The notes: a model not told the origin generated them from the sequence alone. Numbered from the stretch's first letter, positions 1 to 8,779 are shown. The stretch is 20,000 nucleotides of DNA from an uncultured virus (IMG/VR IMGVR_UViG_3300009128_000012) (IMGVR_UViG_3300009128_000012); one strand, 5' to 3'. Made by a program: numbers and translations.

Positions 1-3
1 GCG

Positions 4-300
4 CTAGTCCTCGGGCTCGGGCTCGGGCTCGGGTACTGGCACCGGCTCCTGCGCCTCCGGCTCCTGCCCATACGGTGGCAGGAAGCAGGCGTCGAAGTCA
101 GCTACGCGCTGCTTGAACCAGGCGTCTTGCTCGATGGCCTCTTGTGCGATGGCGACCGCCTCCGCCTCGATCTGCTCCTTGCTCATGCCCGCCTCCCCTG
201 CCAGGATGGCGATGATGCCATCTGCGCTCCGGGCCGACGCCATGGCGGCAAGCTTGCCTTCCACAACGACCTGTAGTTTCTCTCTTAGAGCCTGATCCAT
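4..300 (-). CDS. hypothetical protein with acidic PE-repeat C-terminus (98 aa)
   Basis: ATG at 300 preceded by AGGAGG on the minus strand; MDQALREKLQ...EPEPEPED. Confidence 0.75.
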   Translation of the reverse strand: MDQALREKLQVVVEGKLAAMASARSADGIIAILAGEAGMSKEQIEAEAVAIAQEAIEQDAWFKQRVADFDACFLPPYGQEPEAQEPVPVPEPEPEPED

Positions 301-330
301 AGTTGTACCTCCTGTACCTGATGTTTGCAG

Positions 331-360
331 TTGCGACAGTAGCGACACACATGATACCAT
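331..360 (+). promoter_or_regulatory. putative sigma70-type promoter for the rightward block
   Basis: TTGCGA-N18-TACCAT with an extended -10 TG, in a divergent intergenic gap. Confidence 0.4.
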
Positions 361-463
361 GCCTTCGGAGTCACCACCAAGCTGAACAACCAGCCCTCGG
401 TGCCTACCGGGCTTCTGGCGATTCCTTCGGCGGGCCCGTGGGCTGGTTCTTTGCGGAGAGACG

Positions 464-574
464 ATGCAAGAGAAAACAGAGCGCGAGCTGCAAGACCCGG
501 TGCGCGAGACCCGACTGACGGTCAAAGGCTTCCGCGAGGCAATGACCCACGCTCTCAACCGAGGAGGCGACTGA
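464..574 (+). CDS. small hypothetical protein (36 aa, MQEKTERELQDPVRETRLTVKGFREAMTHALNRGGD)
   Basis: GGAGAG RBS; its TGA overlaps the next ATG (TGATG). Below the ORF-track size cutoff. Confidence 0.55.
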   Translation: MQEKTERELQDPVRETRLTVKGFREAMTHALNRGGD

Positions 575-1380
575 TGCTGCGCCACGAACTAGACCGACAA
601 GACGACGGTCGCTTTGCCTGCCGGGCCTGCGGCGCTAGCTTCGACGCAAACGATGCTGCCGGCTTCGGCAGCCAGTGCCCTGGAGTACCGCGCGGCCCCA
701 CTGCCGAGCACACGGCAGCAGCGGGGGCTGAGGTCAAGGCTCAGGCCGCAGCTATCCTCGAGCAGCTCAAGGACGACCCCGCCCTCGGCGACCTGCTGGA
801 CGAGCTGTTCGAGGAGCGCTTCGGTGGCCTCCGCGCCTCGGTCACATCGGTCTCTGAAAGTCTGCGCGAGTTCCGCAAGAGCGAGAGCCTCAAGACCGAC
901 GACATGCTGCAGGTGGTCAAGGCCATGGCCGCGATGCCCTTCGGCGACAAGATCGATGGACTGTTCAGGCATCCACAGATGGAGGCCTTCGCGGGCGAGG
1001 CGGTCAACACCCTGGTGCCAGATCACCTGCGGCCGCTGGAACGCCGCGTAGAGTGGCTGGAGGCCGCGCTCAAGAACGTGCTGGACGTTCACGGCGACAT
1101 CCCGGTGCCGTTCCGGCCGCGACGCGTGGAGCCGCTACAGGCGACCGGCACCGACGATGCGACACCGCAGCCTGACAGAAGCCCTGTACCGCCCGGCTGG
1201 CCCACCAGAGCCGCTAACCGGGCTGTCGAGGAAATCCTCAACAGCAGCGGTCTCGCAGCCGGCACCCCCCTCGGCGAGGCGTGGAAGGACCTGCTGGACA
1301 CGCAGAAGCTGGAGATCACGAACCTGTGGGCTGCCTACATCGAGAAGATAATCCGCAGCTACCTAGAGGAGCTTTACTGA
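574..1380 (+). CDS. hypothetical phage protein with N-terminal CxxC motif
   Basis: GAGGAGG RBS before ATG 574; GC3-rich codons; TGATG coupling on both sides. Confidence 0.8.
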   Translation: MLRHELDRQDDGRFACRACGASFDANDAAGFGSQCPGVPRGPTAEHTAAAGAEVKAQAAAILEQLKDDPALGDLLDELFEERFGGLRASVTSVSESLREFRKSESLKTDDMLQVVKAMAAMPFGDKIDGLFRHPQMEAFAGEAVNTLVPDHLRPLERRVEWLEAALKNVLDVHGDIPVPFRPRRVEPLQATGTDDATPQPDRSPVPPGWPTRAANRAVEEILNSSGLAAGTPLGEAWKDLLDTQKLEITNLWAAYIEKIIRSYLEELY

Positions 1381-1724
1381 TGGAAGACCCAATGCGCGCC
1401 GTGCTGAGCGATCTCGCCAGCCGCAACTGCGACGAGCCGGACGAGTGCGGCACCGCATCCGGAACCTGCCTGCCCTGCCGCGCCCGCCACGCCATCGACA
1501 CGATGCGCACCTTCCAGCCGTTCGAGCTGCAGGCCCGAATCAAGCGGCTCTTCGACGCGCTGGCGGGCTTCGCGGGTGTCAGCAGCCTGGAGGACCTAGA
1601 GCAGTTGGAGCTGGGCGTGCGGGTGCTACCTGCCGCCCAAGAGGACAAGATCAACGCCCTCAACGCCGTCCATGCGCTGCGTGAAGAGATGAAGCTGCAG
1701 GAGGCAGCCGATGAAGGCGATTGA
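1380..1724 (+). CDS. hypothetical protein with Cys cluster
   Basis: ATG overlaps the upstream stop; GAGGAG RBS. Confidence 0.75.
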   Translation: MEDPMRAVLSDLASRNCDEPDECGTASGTCLPCRARHAIDTMRTFQPFELQARIKRLFDALAGFAGVSSLEDLEQLELGVRVLPAAQEDKINALNAVHALREEMKLQEAADEGD

Positions 1725-2196
1725 GATTCTCCGCGCCAGCGAAGGGCGCGCCGAAGAGGTGGAGCGCGCCATCGCCATGCACGACGCCTGTACCCTGTGC
1801 GGCGGCATGGGTGGCAACGCCTACTACCCCGAGCAGGCTTGCGGTGAATGCGGCTTCTCCTTCGCCGACTCGTACGGTGTGGAGAGCATTCGCCGCCCGG
1901 AGGACCCTAACGTGCTCGATGCCCCCGGACGCAACAAGCTCTGGCAGTACTTCGGGCTGAGCTACGCGACCTGGCTCACGCTGCCACGGGTGCTGATGCA
2001 CGAGATGCCCTCCGACTGGCAGGCCAAGATGGCCAAGCTGCTGGAGCAGTTCGAGGCAACCTGGGACACAGCGCACATGCCCAGCCCCTACGTCAGCGCC
2101 CGTGACGCCGGCAACCGGTGGACTCGGTGGCCTGCCTTCCTGCTCAACTACCGGCACCCAGACGCTAGCGAGATCGACAAGCTGAGAAGGGGTTGA
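1711..2196 (+). CDS. conserved phage hypothetical protein with N-terminal CxxC-CxxC zinc finger
   Basis: GGAGG RBS; C-terminal FGLSYATWLTLPRVLMHEMPSDWQ...NYRHP resembles a widespread phage family. Confidence 0.8.
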   Translation: MKAIEILRASEGRAEEVERAIAMHDACTLCGGMGGNAYYPEQACGECGFSFADSYGVESIRRPEDPNVLDAPGRNKLWQYFGLSYATWLTLPRVLMHEMPSDWQAKMAKLLEQFEATWDTAHMPSPYVSARDAGNRWTRWPAFLLNYRHPDASEIDKLRRG

Positions 2197-2198
2197 CG

Positions 2199-2387
2199 AT
2201 GCACATCATCCTGGTGGACATGCGTGAGAGCAACGGCCAGATCGTCCCCATCATGGAAGACATGGAGTGCACCGTGGTGGCCCAGTTTGAGACCGATGCG
2301 GCCGCCGTAGCTGCGATGCAAGGCCACCCCCTGGACGCCTTTCCCTGGGCTGTGGTAGATCCCGACGAGGACCTGGAGTGGAGATGA
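2199..2387 (+). CDS. small acidic hypothetical protein
   Basis: Fills the gap between neighbours; ATGA overlap with the next gene. Confidence 0.65.
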   Translation: MHIILVDMRESNGQIVPIMEDMECTVVAQFETDAAAVAAMQGHPLDAFPWAVVDPDEDLEWR

Positions 2388-2965
2388 CCTGGAGCCCCAC
2401 ACGCGCTCGCAACGTCCGCGGCCACGCCCTGCAGCGGCTGCGAGAGCACTGGCCCGGTGCCAACCACCACGCACTGCTGGTCATGCTCGAGCAGGCGGAG
2501 CCCATCTCCGAGGAGGTGGTCAACGCACTGCTGGTCCGCACGAAGGACCGAGAGCGCTCCGGGAAGCACTACCTGACCACCGACCGGCGTGGCATCTTCG
2601 TCACCGAGGGCGCCTGGGTCACGACCTACCTGCGGCTGGGGCGAGAGCAGCAGAAGCTGCTCCTGCGCAACGAGCTGGAGGGCACGACGGAGAAGCAGGA
2701 CTACGAAGAGCAGCACAGGGTGCGTGCGCAGCGGCGGCACATGGTCCGCATGGAGAACGCCAAAGCGCAGGTCCTGGCCGACTTCAGGGCACCTGGGGGC
2801 GCCACCGTATCCTTCACCAAGACGGCCCGCAAGAACGACGCCCACGAGGTCATCCTCAGGGGTAAACCCTTCCACGAGGGTGGCAGCGTCACCTACACCC
2901 ACAACGGGGTGCGGGTGTTCGCCTACCAGGAGAGCAGCTTGAACTACCGAGTGAGGATGGGCTGA
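2384..2965 (+). CDS. hypothetical protein
   Basis: GGAG RBS, ATGA overlap, strong GC3 bias. Confidence 0.75.
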   Translation: MTWSPTRARNVRGHALQRLREHWPGANHHALLVMLEQAEPISEEVVNALLVRTKDRERSGKHYLTTDRRGIFVTEGAWVTTYLRLGREQQKLLLRNELEGTTEKQDYEEQHRVRAQRRHMVRMENAKAQVLADFRAPGGATVSFTKTARKNDAHEVILRGKPFHEGGSVTYTHNGVRVFAYQESSLNYRVRMG

Positions 2966-3174
2966 TGAACAGAACGCGGCGGCAAGGCCTCCTACAGCGA
3001 CTGGCAGATCATCACTTCCCACCAGTGCCCTGCCCCGAGTGCACAAACCCCGGCTCGCCCGCCTATCTCTACCCGGTGATGGAGCGCTACGGCCTCGCGT
3101 GCGCCGGCTTCTGCCCCGATGAGATTCGAGCCGAACTGACCGGTTCCGAGCAGCCGGAAAGCGGGGAGAGATGA
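2965..3174 (+). CDS. small hypothetical protein with CxxC
   Basis: TGATG coupling upstream, ATGA downstream. Confidence 0.6.
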   Translation: MNRTRRQGLLQRLADHHFPPVPCPECTNPGSPAYLYPVMERYGLACAGFCPDEIRAELTGSEQPESGER

Positions 3175-3431
3175 CCCTGGAGGAATGGGCGTTGCGTAGA
3201 AGCGGTGAGGCCGCCGTTCGTGAATTCTCTGCGTTTGTCTGCACACGAATTCCGCATGGCTTGCAGATTCGGCCCAGAGGGTGGAGCAGTATCTTCACTG
3301 CGTGGAAAACCTTGCGTGAAGACGACGCCACCCGCTCCATAATACACAAGCGGCTGGGAAAGATGATCGGTGGTTGGTACGAGCCAAGGGGCTACTCGCA
3401 GACCACCGGAAAGGAGCGCCCAGATGGCTGA
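3171..3431 (+). CDS. hypothetical protein
   Basis: GGGGAG RBS, ATGA overlap; locally lower GC. Confidence 0.55.
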   Translation: MTLEEWALRRSGEAAVREFSAFVCTRIPHGLQIRPRGWSSIFTAWKTLREDDATRSIIHKRLGKMIGGWYEPRGYSQTTGKERPDG

Positions 3432-3588
3432 CCTAATCGACCGAGAGGAACTACTGAAATGGATAGATCGGCTGTCCGGCTGCTTCCACTACACCCTTGG
3501 CTGCGGGGCTGTGATGACCGGCATATTCTGCGCTATCACAGACCACATTCGCTCAATGCCCACCACAAAGGAGCAGGCTGATGCCTAA
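3424..3588 (+). CDS. small phage protein (MADLIDREELL...IRSMPT type)
   Basis: AAGGAG RBS; the DLIDR...MPT pattern is typical of small phage accessory proteins. Confidence 0.7.
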   Translation: MADLIDREELLKWIDRLSGCFHYTLGCGAVMTGIFCAITDHIRSMPTTKEQADA

Positions 3589-3886
3589 ATTATGCGAGAA
3601 CTGTGGAGAGCGCGAGGGAGTGGACAACTGGGTGGGGACCGCCAGTGAGATGGAGATCGCCACCGGCCGCGTCAAGCCCGTCAAGTGGTGCCGCATCTGC
3701 GTCTTGGAGGCGCAGATAGAGCACGCCAAGGAGGGGGCATCCCACCTGCCGAGCTGGCGTGCACAACTCCGAGTGGAGCGCGGGGAGGTGGCAACAATGG
3801 CCGAGGCCCTAGCCCTGGAGCCGGACCCGCTGTCGGTCTATCCCGACGAGGCGAAGACCACCGTTAAAAACAAGGAAGAAGGATGA
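3581..3886 (+). CDS. hypothetical protein with two CxxC motifs
   Basis: AAGGAG RBS; CENC and CRIC motifs. Confidence 0.75.
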   Translation: MPKLCENCGEREGVDNWVGTASEMEIATGRVKPVKWCRICVLEAQIEHAKEGASHLPSWRAQLRVERGEVATMAEALALEPDPLSVYPDEAKTTVKNKEEG

Positions 3887-4140
3887 CCGATCAAACCGAA
3901 GAGCGCGCCGCGCCAGCGTCACCCATGGACAACAAGGAGCACCTGCTGTACTGGCTGCGCCGCATCCACCGCCGGCTCCAGCCCGACGAGTTGAACCTGT
4001 TCAAGATGGCCAGGGACGGCGTGCCCTACTCCGACCGCATCGCGGCCATCCGGGCGGCTGAGCTACCTGGTGACCTGCAGCTGGAGCTGATGGCCCTCGA
4101 GACCGCCATCGACTTCGTCGAGGAGGAGTACGATGCCTGA
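3883..4140 (+). CDS. hypothetical protein
   Basis: AAGGA RBS, ATGA overlap. Confidence 0.75.
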   Translation: MTDQTEERAAPASPMDNKEHLLYWLRRIHRRLQPDELNLFKMARDGVPYSDRIAAIRAAELPGDLQLELMALETAIDFVEEEYDA

Positions 4141-4729
4141 GCTGCCGAAGCAACCTGACTGGGGCTGGATGCGCCGGTTCGTCATACCCTGCAAGCAGGG
4201 CGAGTGCTACGCCGAGTGGCCGCTGTCTGGCCGGCTCGGCATGCTGCGGGTGCGGCCGGTTGGCATGCACGGGGGTTGGCACTGGACTATCGAGTCCGAG
4301 ACACACAGCCCGCATCAGATCACCGACCGCCTCGGCCGCCGCCTGTTGGCCCTCCTCACCGCTGAGCAGGAGCTGCTGGAGCTGCAGGGCGCCCGAACCC
4401 ACCCGGGCGTCGAAGACGTCCGTCAGCTGCAGCAAGGCCCACCCATCGGCGGCAACAGCGACGAGCCGGTCAAGGTCCGTCCGCACTGGTGGTACGACGA
4501 GGGCTACTGGGATCTGCACGCCGCAGACCTTGACGCCCCCGCGGTGATGCTGCCGGCGTCGGTGGTGAACCAGTACGAGCAGGCTCTGGCGCAGGCCTAC
4601 GCGGCCAAGGACGCCGCGAACAAGGTGATGACAGACGCGCTGCACGCCGCGGGGTACAAGCCGCGCAGCCCGGACATGGAGCCGCTACCTTCAGCGGACG
4701 CTGAGAGGATAAACCGAAGTGGCAAGTGA
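4133..4729 (+). CDS. hypothetical protein
   Basis: GAGGAGGAG RBS; overlaps the upstream stop. Confidence 0.75.
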   Translation: MPELPKQPDWGWMRRFVIPCKQGECYAEWPLSGRLGMLRVRPVGMHGGWHWTIESETHSPHQITDRLGRRLLALLTAEQELLELQGARTHPGVEDVRQLQQGPPIGGNSDEPVKVRPHWWYDEGYWDLHAADLDAPAVMLPASVVNQYEQALAQAYAAKDAANKVMTDALHAAGYKPRSPDMEPLPSADAERINRSGK

Positions 4730-4880
4730 CCGTCACGCACCTACCATCTTGCAAAGAGCTGCTGGCCTCGGCGCGGTCGTGCTGGCCGTTGCAGCGGTGC
4801 CCACGTTCGTAGTCACGGCTACGCTCTGGAGCGCATGCGGGCTCCTGGCCGCCTACTGCGGATCGAGAGGAAGCCGATGA
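4719..4880 (+). CDS. putative small membrane protein (53 aa)
   Basis: GTG after GAGGA; hydrophobic GLGAVVLAVAAVPTFVVTATLWSACGLLAAY; ATGA overlap with the next gene. Not in the ORF track. Confidence 0.45.
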   Translation: MASDRHAPTILQRAAGLGAVVLAVAAVPTFVVTATLWSACGLLAAYCGSRGSR

Positions 4881-5050
4881 GCCTGTTCAGCCTTGACGAA
4901 ATCTGCGAGGGCTGCATCCACGTGAAGCGCTGCCCCACCTGCGGCCACCGCCTCGGCTGCCGCAAGGGCTGCGAGGCCGGCATCGAGGTGGACTGCGCCA
5001 CGGGGCGGTGCAGCAACAAGGAGACAGAGAGTGATGCCGGTGTCGATTGA
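4877..5050 (+). CDS. small Cys-rich protein (8 Cys in 57 aa)
   Basis: GAGGA RBS; CEGC and CPTC motifs. Confidence 0.65.
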   Translation: MSLFSLDEICEGCIHVKRCPTCGHRLGCRKGCEAGIEVDCATGRCSNKETESDAGVD

Positions 5051-5237
5051 CACGAAACCCTTTGTGCTTCACTGCGAGCGCGAGGTGTGGGCGCTGGCGG
5101 CGCAGCTGCTCAACTACGGTCTGGTGTGCGAGGAGCTGGACATCATCGTGGCCAGCCGCCGGCGCGCACCACACCTCCTGCCGCGGCTCGAGGCCACCAT
5201 CAAGATCAGACCAGGTGGACAGCCGTCGCGCCGGTGA
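5031..5237 (+). CDS. hypothetical protein
   Basis: AAGGAG RBS 7 nt before GTG 5031 (alternative ATG 5034). Confidence 0.6.
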   Translation: MMPVSIDTKPFVLHCEREVWALAAQLLNYGLVCEELDIIVASRRRAPHLLPRLEATIKIRPGGQPSRR

Positions 5238-5256
5238 TTATCCTGCGGAGATGACT

Positions 5257-5592
5257 ATGGAAGAATCGGGACATGCCGGACCCCGCACCAACGACACCGG
5301 CTACCTCATTGACTTCAACAAGTGGTCGGAGAACTGGGCCAACGACCGCGCCGCGCGCGACAAGCTGCGTCTCGGCAGCCGGCACTGGGTGGTGCTGCGC
5401 ACCATCCGCCAGTTTGTGAAGGACCACCAGCGCAGCCCCATGACGCTGGAGTTGTTGCAGGCGCTGCACATCAATCTCAAGACCCTACACGCGCTCTACC
5501 CCCTGGGGGTTCGGCAGGCCTGCAAGATCTCGGGGGCACCGGCGCCGGGCTGCAGCTCTGCGACCATTCTCACCGTCGAGGAGTCAAGCTGA
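5257..5592 (+). CDS. tusE: DsrC/TusE-family sulfur relay protein homolog
   Basis: TNDTGYL...WSENWA...HWVVLRTIRQF...SP...LYPLG..QACKISGAP.PGC follows the DsrC/TusE consensus end to end; GGAG RBS (alternative start 5251). Confidence 0.85.
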   Translation: MEESGHAGPRTNDTGYLIDFNKWSENWANDRAARDKLRLGSRHWVVLRTIRQFVKDHQRSPMTLELLQALHINLKTLHALYPLGVRQACKISGAPAPGCSSATILTVEESS

Positions 5593-5921
5593 TGGCCTGG
5601 GCCAAGGCCACGAGTGCGCCTGTCGTCACCGTCAACTACGCCGGGGGCGGCCGCGACTGCGTCGCGCTGTACTTGCGCAAGGACGTCCGTGGCATTTTGA
5701 CCGTCTACGACCTGCACCGCGACCTCGAGGAGGTGTTGCTGCAGACCATCTGGGATCATGTGCAAGAGGGCGCAGCGCCCGGCGCGGAGCAGGAGATGGA
5801 GGCCAAGGCGGCGCGGGTCCTGGCAGCGCTGGTGGCGCGCGGCGAGCTGTACGTCAACGACGAGGACGAGCGGTATGCCGTCCACGTCAACCCGAGCTTG
5901 CCCGCGGGGCCTGGGAACTAG
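5592..5921 (+). CDS. hypothetical protein
   Basis: GAGGAG RBS, TGATG coupling. Confidence 0.7.
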   Translation: MAWAKATSAPVVTVNYAGGGRDCVALYLRKDVRGILTVYDLHRDLEEVLLQTIWDHVQEGAAPGAEQEMEAKAARVLAALVARGELYVNDEDERYAVHVNPSLPAGPGN

Positions 5922-6239
5922 ATGGCCCGCAAGAAGCCAGCCTTCTACCGCCACGTCCAGCTGCGCAAGTGGGTGGACATGGGCAGCTTGCAGCCCGAAG
6001 ACGTGGCCACCCTGGACCACGAGAAGGTGCGCGCCGCTGGCACCAGGTATCGCTGGACCTGGAGCAAGTTCCCGGAGAAGGACGCCGTCAAGGGTCGGTG
6101 GGTCAAGCTCAAGAACCGCGAGACCGGCAAGCTGGTGGACGGCTGGCTCATCGTCCACGTGGGGGACCGTGTACCAGCCGCCCAGGCGGAGGCCCAGGAG
6201 CGCGACTGGATGGACCAGCGGCGGCACAGCGATGTCTAA
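5922..6239 (+). CDS. basic hypothetical protein
   Basis: ATG directly after the upstream TAG; strong GC3 bias. Confidence 0.7.
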   Translation: MARKKPAFYRHVQLRKWVDMGSLQPEDVATLDHEKVRAAGTRYRWTWSKFPEKDAVKGRWVKLKNRETGKLVDGWLIVHVGDRVPAAQAEAQERDWMDQRRHSDV

Positions 6240-7017
6240 GCCACCAGCCCGGGGCCCTGATGGCCTCATCGGTTGCATCGGCATCGCCTCCGATGGCGTT
6301 GCGGGCTGGGACTGGCTTCGCAGCCAGCTGGGGCCCCCGGGCCGGACCTGGACCGCCTGCCGCCACGAGAGCTCCCCAGGCTACGTCTGGCTCTCCTTCT
6401 ACATGGTGCAAGACCCCCACCCGCGGATGCTGCTCGCCCACGGGGTGCACCTGCAGATGCTGGTGGATTGGGACTTCAACCCGGCGCCCCACGCCCCGGA
6501 CGGCTACGTCTGGTGCGCCGGCTGCGCGCCGACCGAGACCCCGCTGGCGACGCTGCCTTCCAGCTGGCTGGCCTACGTGGAGCCGCTGCCGGACTGGATG
6601 GGGTCCCAGCCGCCCCCGCGACCGCTGCCGCAGTCAGAGGGCGCCAGCAGGGCACTGAGCGAGCACAGCACCGGCTACGGGCTGGTGGCACTCCAGCAGG
6701 AAGCGGCCGCAGTCGGCGCGGCTGCAGCAGGCAGCACGAACTCTGGGGCGCCGGATGACGCACTGCGTCACATTTGTCAACAGCTTCACAAGGCGGCCTA
6801 CCGGTGCGGCCGGCTGGTGGGTGGCCACGAGCTGTCCTGGGGGGACTGCTGGCGGCAGCTGTGGGCGGCCTGCGGCGGGCCCTGGGCCACCGGTGGCCTC
6901 GCGCTGGAGCTCGCTGTCACCATCGAAGGGGCGCTTCGCATGGGGGTGGCCGACCCGCGGTCTCGAAAGGCGCACGGGCTGGCGCTTTCTCCTGAGGGAC
7001 AAATCACCTTGTTGTAG
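6232..7017 (+). CDS. hypothetical protein with C-terminal primase-CTD-like helical domain
   Basis: LHKAAYRCGRLVGG...QLWAA...TIEGALRMGVADPR resembles the C-terminal domain of bifunctional Prim-Pol proteins. Confidence 0.6.
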   Translation: MSKPPARGPDGLIGCIGIASDGVAGWDWLRSQLGPPGRTWTACRHESSPGYVWLSFYMVQDPHPRMLLAHGVHLQMLVDWDFNPAPHAPDGYVWCAGCAPTETPLATLPSSWLAYVEPLPDWMGSQPPPRPLPQSEGASRALSEHSTGYGLVALQQEAAAVGAAAAGSTNSGAPDDALRHICQQLHKAAYRCGRLVGGHELSWGDCWRQLWAACGGPWATGGLALELAVTIEGALRMGVADPRSRKAHGLALSPEGQITLL

Positions 7018-7048
7018 CTTGCGACCCTGTTGACAACCTGTGGAAAGC

Positions 7049-7504
7049 CTACTTGCCGGGCGGGTTTTCTCTCAACTCGTCGACCACGTCCATGTACTTG
7101 AGCGCGTCCCAGACGGTGAGCTGCTTGGCCATCACCGCGGGCACGAGTTGGTCTGGGTGGGTGCAGGCCGCGAACCGCAGCAGGTCGTAGGCGATGCAGG
7201 CGCGCGCGTCGAGGGCGCGCATGCGCAGCTCCTTCTTCACCGGCTCCGACAGCGCCCAGGTCCCGTCATCGCCGTTGGATTCCACGAAGCCCAGCACGGA
7301 CGCTGTGGCGAGGATATCCTGTGGGGAGTTCTCGCCCTTCTTAGGCCCGCGGCGCCCGGCCGTGCGGCAGCCCTTGCAGATCTGGGGAAGCTCCTCGACC
7401 ACGACGGCGCCTGGCAGTGGACCGGCGGCGAGCAGCTGCAGCAGAGCGACTAGCTGCTCGCTGGTGGCCCAGCCAGCGCCGGACAGCGTGTCTTCGTGGG
7501 GCAT
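7049..7504 (-). CDS. hypothetical protein
   Basis: Last gene of the leftward block; GC3-biased ORF. Confidence 0.65.
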   Translation of the reverse strand: MPHEDTLSGAGWATSEQLVALLQLLAAGPLPGAVVVEELPQICKGCRTAGRRGPKKGENSPQDILATASVLGFVESNGDDGTWALSEPVKKELRMRALDARACIAYDLLRFAACTHPDQLVPAVMAKQLTVWDALKYMDVVDELRENPPGK

Positions 7505-7508
7505 TTGA

Positions 7509-7847
7509 TCAGGTGCGGTCGGTAGGCCGGTAGGTGTCTGTCAGCCTGCCGTCGAACTCCCGCCAGGGGATGTCGGTCTGCTTGCCATCGGGCGTGACGC
7601 CGCGCAGTGGCGGGTGCGGGGGCTCGACGAAGTCGGCCATGGTGCAGAAGCGGCCGTTGTAGGGGCACCACTCGGCGATGCACCAGTCCCCTCCGAACAG
7701 ACGGTTCAGCTCAGCCTCCAGCTCGTAGTTGCGCCGGCGGGTCATGTCGTACAGCCTGCCGAAGCGCTGCAGCGACCCGGGCCCGATGTTGCCGAACAGG
7801 CGCTTCTTGATCTTGTCGGCGGCGCCCTTGCGGGTGATGAAGTTCAT
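7509..7847 (-). CDS. hypothetical protein
   Basis: GGAG RBS; ATGA overlap with the upstream gene; MNFITRKGAADKIKK. Confidence 0.7.
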   Translation of the reverse strand: MNFITRKGAADKIKKRLFGNIGPGSLQRFGRLYDMTRRRNYELEAELNRLFGGDWCIAEWCPYNGRFCTMADFVEPPHPPLRGVTPDGKQTDIPWREFDGRLTDTYRPTDRT

Positions 7848-8413
7848 CTGCGCTGCTCCGTCTGCAGCTGCACCTGCGCGCGGATCTCGAGCAGCATCTG
7901 GTGGAGTGTTGCCGGCACCATCGCCATGTGCTGGAAGGCGGGCCCGACGGCGGCGACGGCGTCTTCGATGTAGCAGCTCTTCCGCGGGTCGATGCAGGGA
8001 TCGATCAAGACGGTGAGGGTATCCCCTCGCGGCATCAGGAAGCAGAAGTCCCCGGCGCTGTAGGCGCTCTTGTCGATAACGGCGTGGTGCCACATGATCT
8101 TGAGCGCCCAGTGCACCTGCTCGTCAGGACCCATCGCGAGGATGGTGGTCTGGTCCATTGAGGTGTAGGCCGGCCCACCAGATCCGTGCCGGCCGATGTA
8201 GGTGCGGCCGATGGTGTGCTGGTCGCAGGAGTAGAAGTCCACGTGCTCGTCCTCGAAGGTGCGGCTACCCCGGTAGGTGCAGCGGTCGCAGTCGTGCTCC
8301 CAGCGTTTCGGCGTCGGCGGGGGTAGCAGCCCAAGCGGGGGATACTCGTGGAGGATCTTGGGGTCGGGTGTTGGGATTGAGAGATGGAGTCCCGGCTTGA
8401 CTGGTTTGCTCAT
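7844..8413 (-). CDS. hypothetical phage protein with HDCDRC motif
   Basis: AGGAGG RBS, ATGA overlap; the WEHDCDRCTYRG...DFYSC...YIGRHGSGGPAYTS pattern is seen in small phage proteins. Confidence 0.7.
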   Translation of the reverse strand: MSKPVKPGLHLSIPTPDPKILHEYPPLGLLPPPTPKRWEHDCDRCTYRGSRTFEDEHVDFYSCDQHTIGRTYIGRHGSGGPAYTSMDQTTILAMGPDEQVHWALKIMWHHAVIDKSAYSAGDFCFLMPRGDTLTVLIDPCIDPRKSCYIEDAVAAVGPAFQHMAMVPATLHQMLLEIRAQVQLQTEQRR

Positions 8414-8760
8414 TTCTCGCGGCCTCCTCTCAGGCCCAATCCCACCTGCTTGCCGGCCTTGATTGCCTTCCAAGCTTTGTAGGTGGGGCAGCGCAGGCGG
8501 TGCCACCAGCGCCAGAAGAGCAGCGCGCGCCAGCCGTCGGTGCGTTTACAGAGTGGGCAGCGCGGCTCCACGGTCACAATCCAAGCGCCCTCGCGGGTTA
8601 GATGTGAGTCGACGATTCGCATCTCCCCCGGCTTGCGTGCGTCCTGCTCTGCCTCGCGAAATGCGTCATAGGCTGCACGGATCTCGTCAACTGAGACGGT
8701 GTTCCCGCGGGCGTCGGGCTCGTCAGGGGCTAGTATACAACCTGTGATTAGCTCTTTCAT
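8410..8760 (-). CDS. XkdF-like putative phage serine protease homolog, degenerate
   Basis: ITGCILAPDEPDARGNTVSVDEIRAA, IVDSHL..EGAWIVTV and WKAIKAGKQVGLGLRGG parallel the XkdF motifs; AAGGA RBS. Confidence 0.7.
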   Translation of the reverse strand: MKELITGCILAPDEPDARGNTVSVDEIRAAYDAFREAEQDARKPGEMRIVDSHLTREGAWIVTVEPRCPLCKRTDGWRALLFWRWWHRLRCPTYKAWKAIKAGKQVGLGLRGGREK

Positions 8761-8779
8761 GTTAGTACATCCTTCGCCT

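Noticed and set aside
5919..5924. In-frame TAG-ATG junction suggesting stop-codon readthrough or a recoded genome
   Set aside because: Single case. Other TAG stops end genes cleanly, coding density is high under code 11, and no suppressor tRNA is seen.
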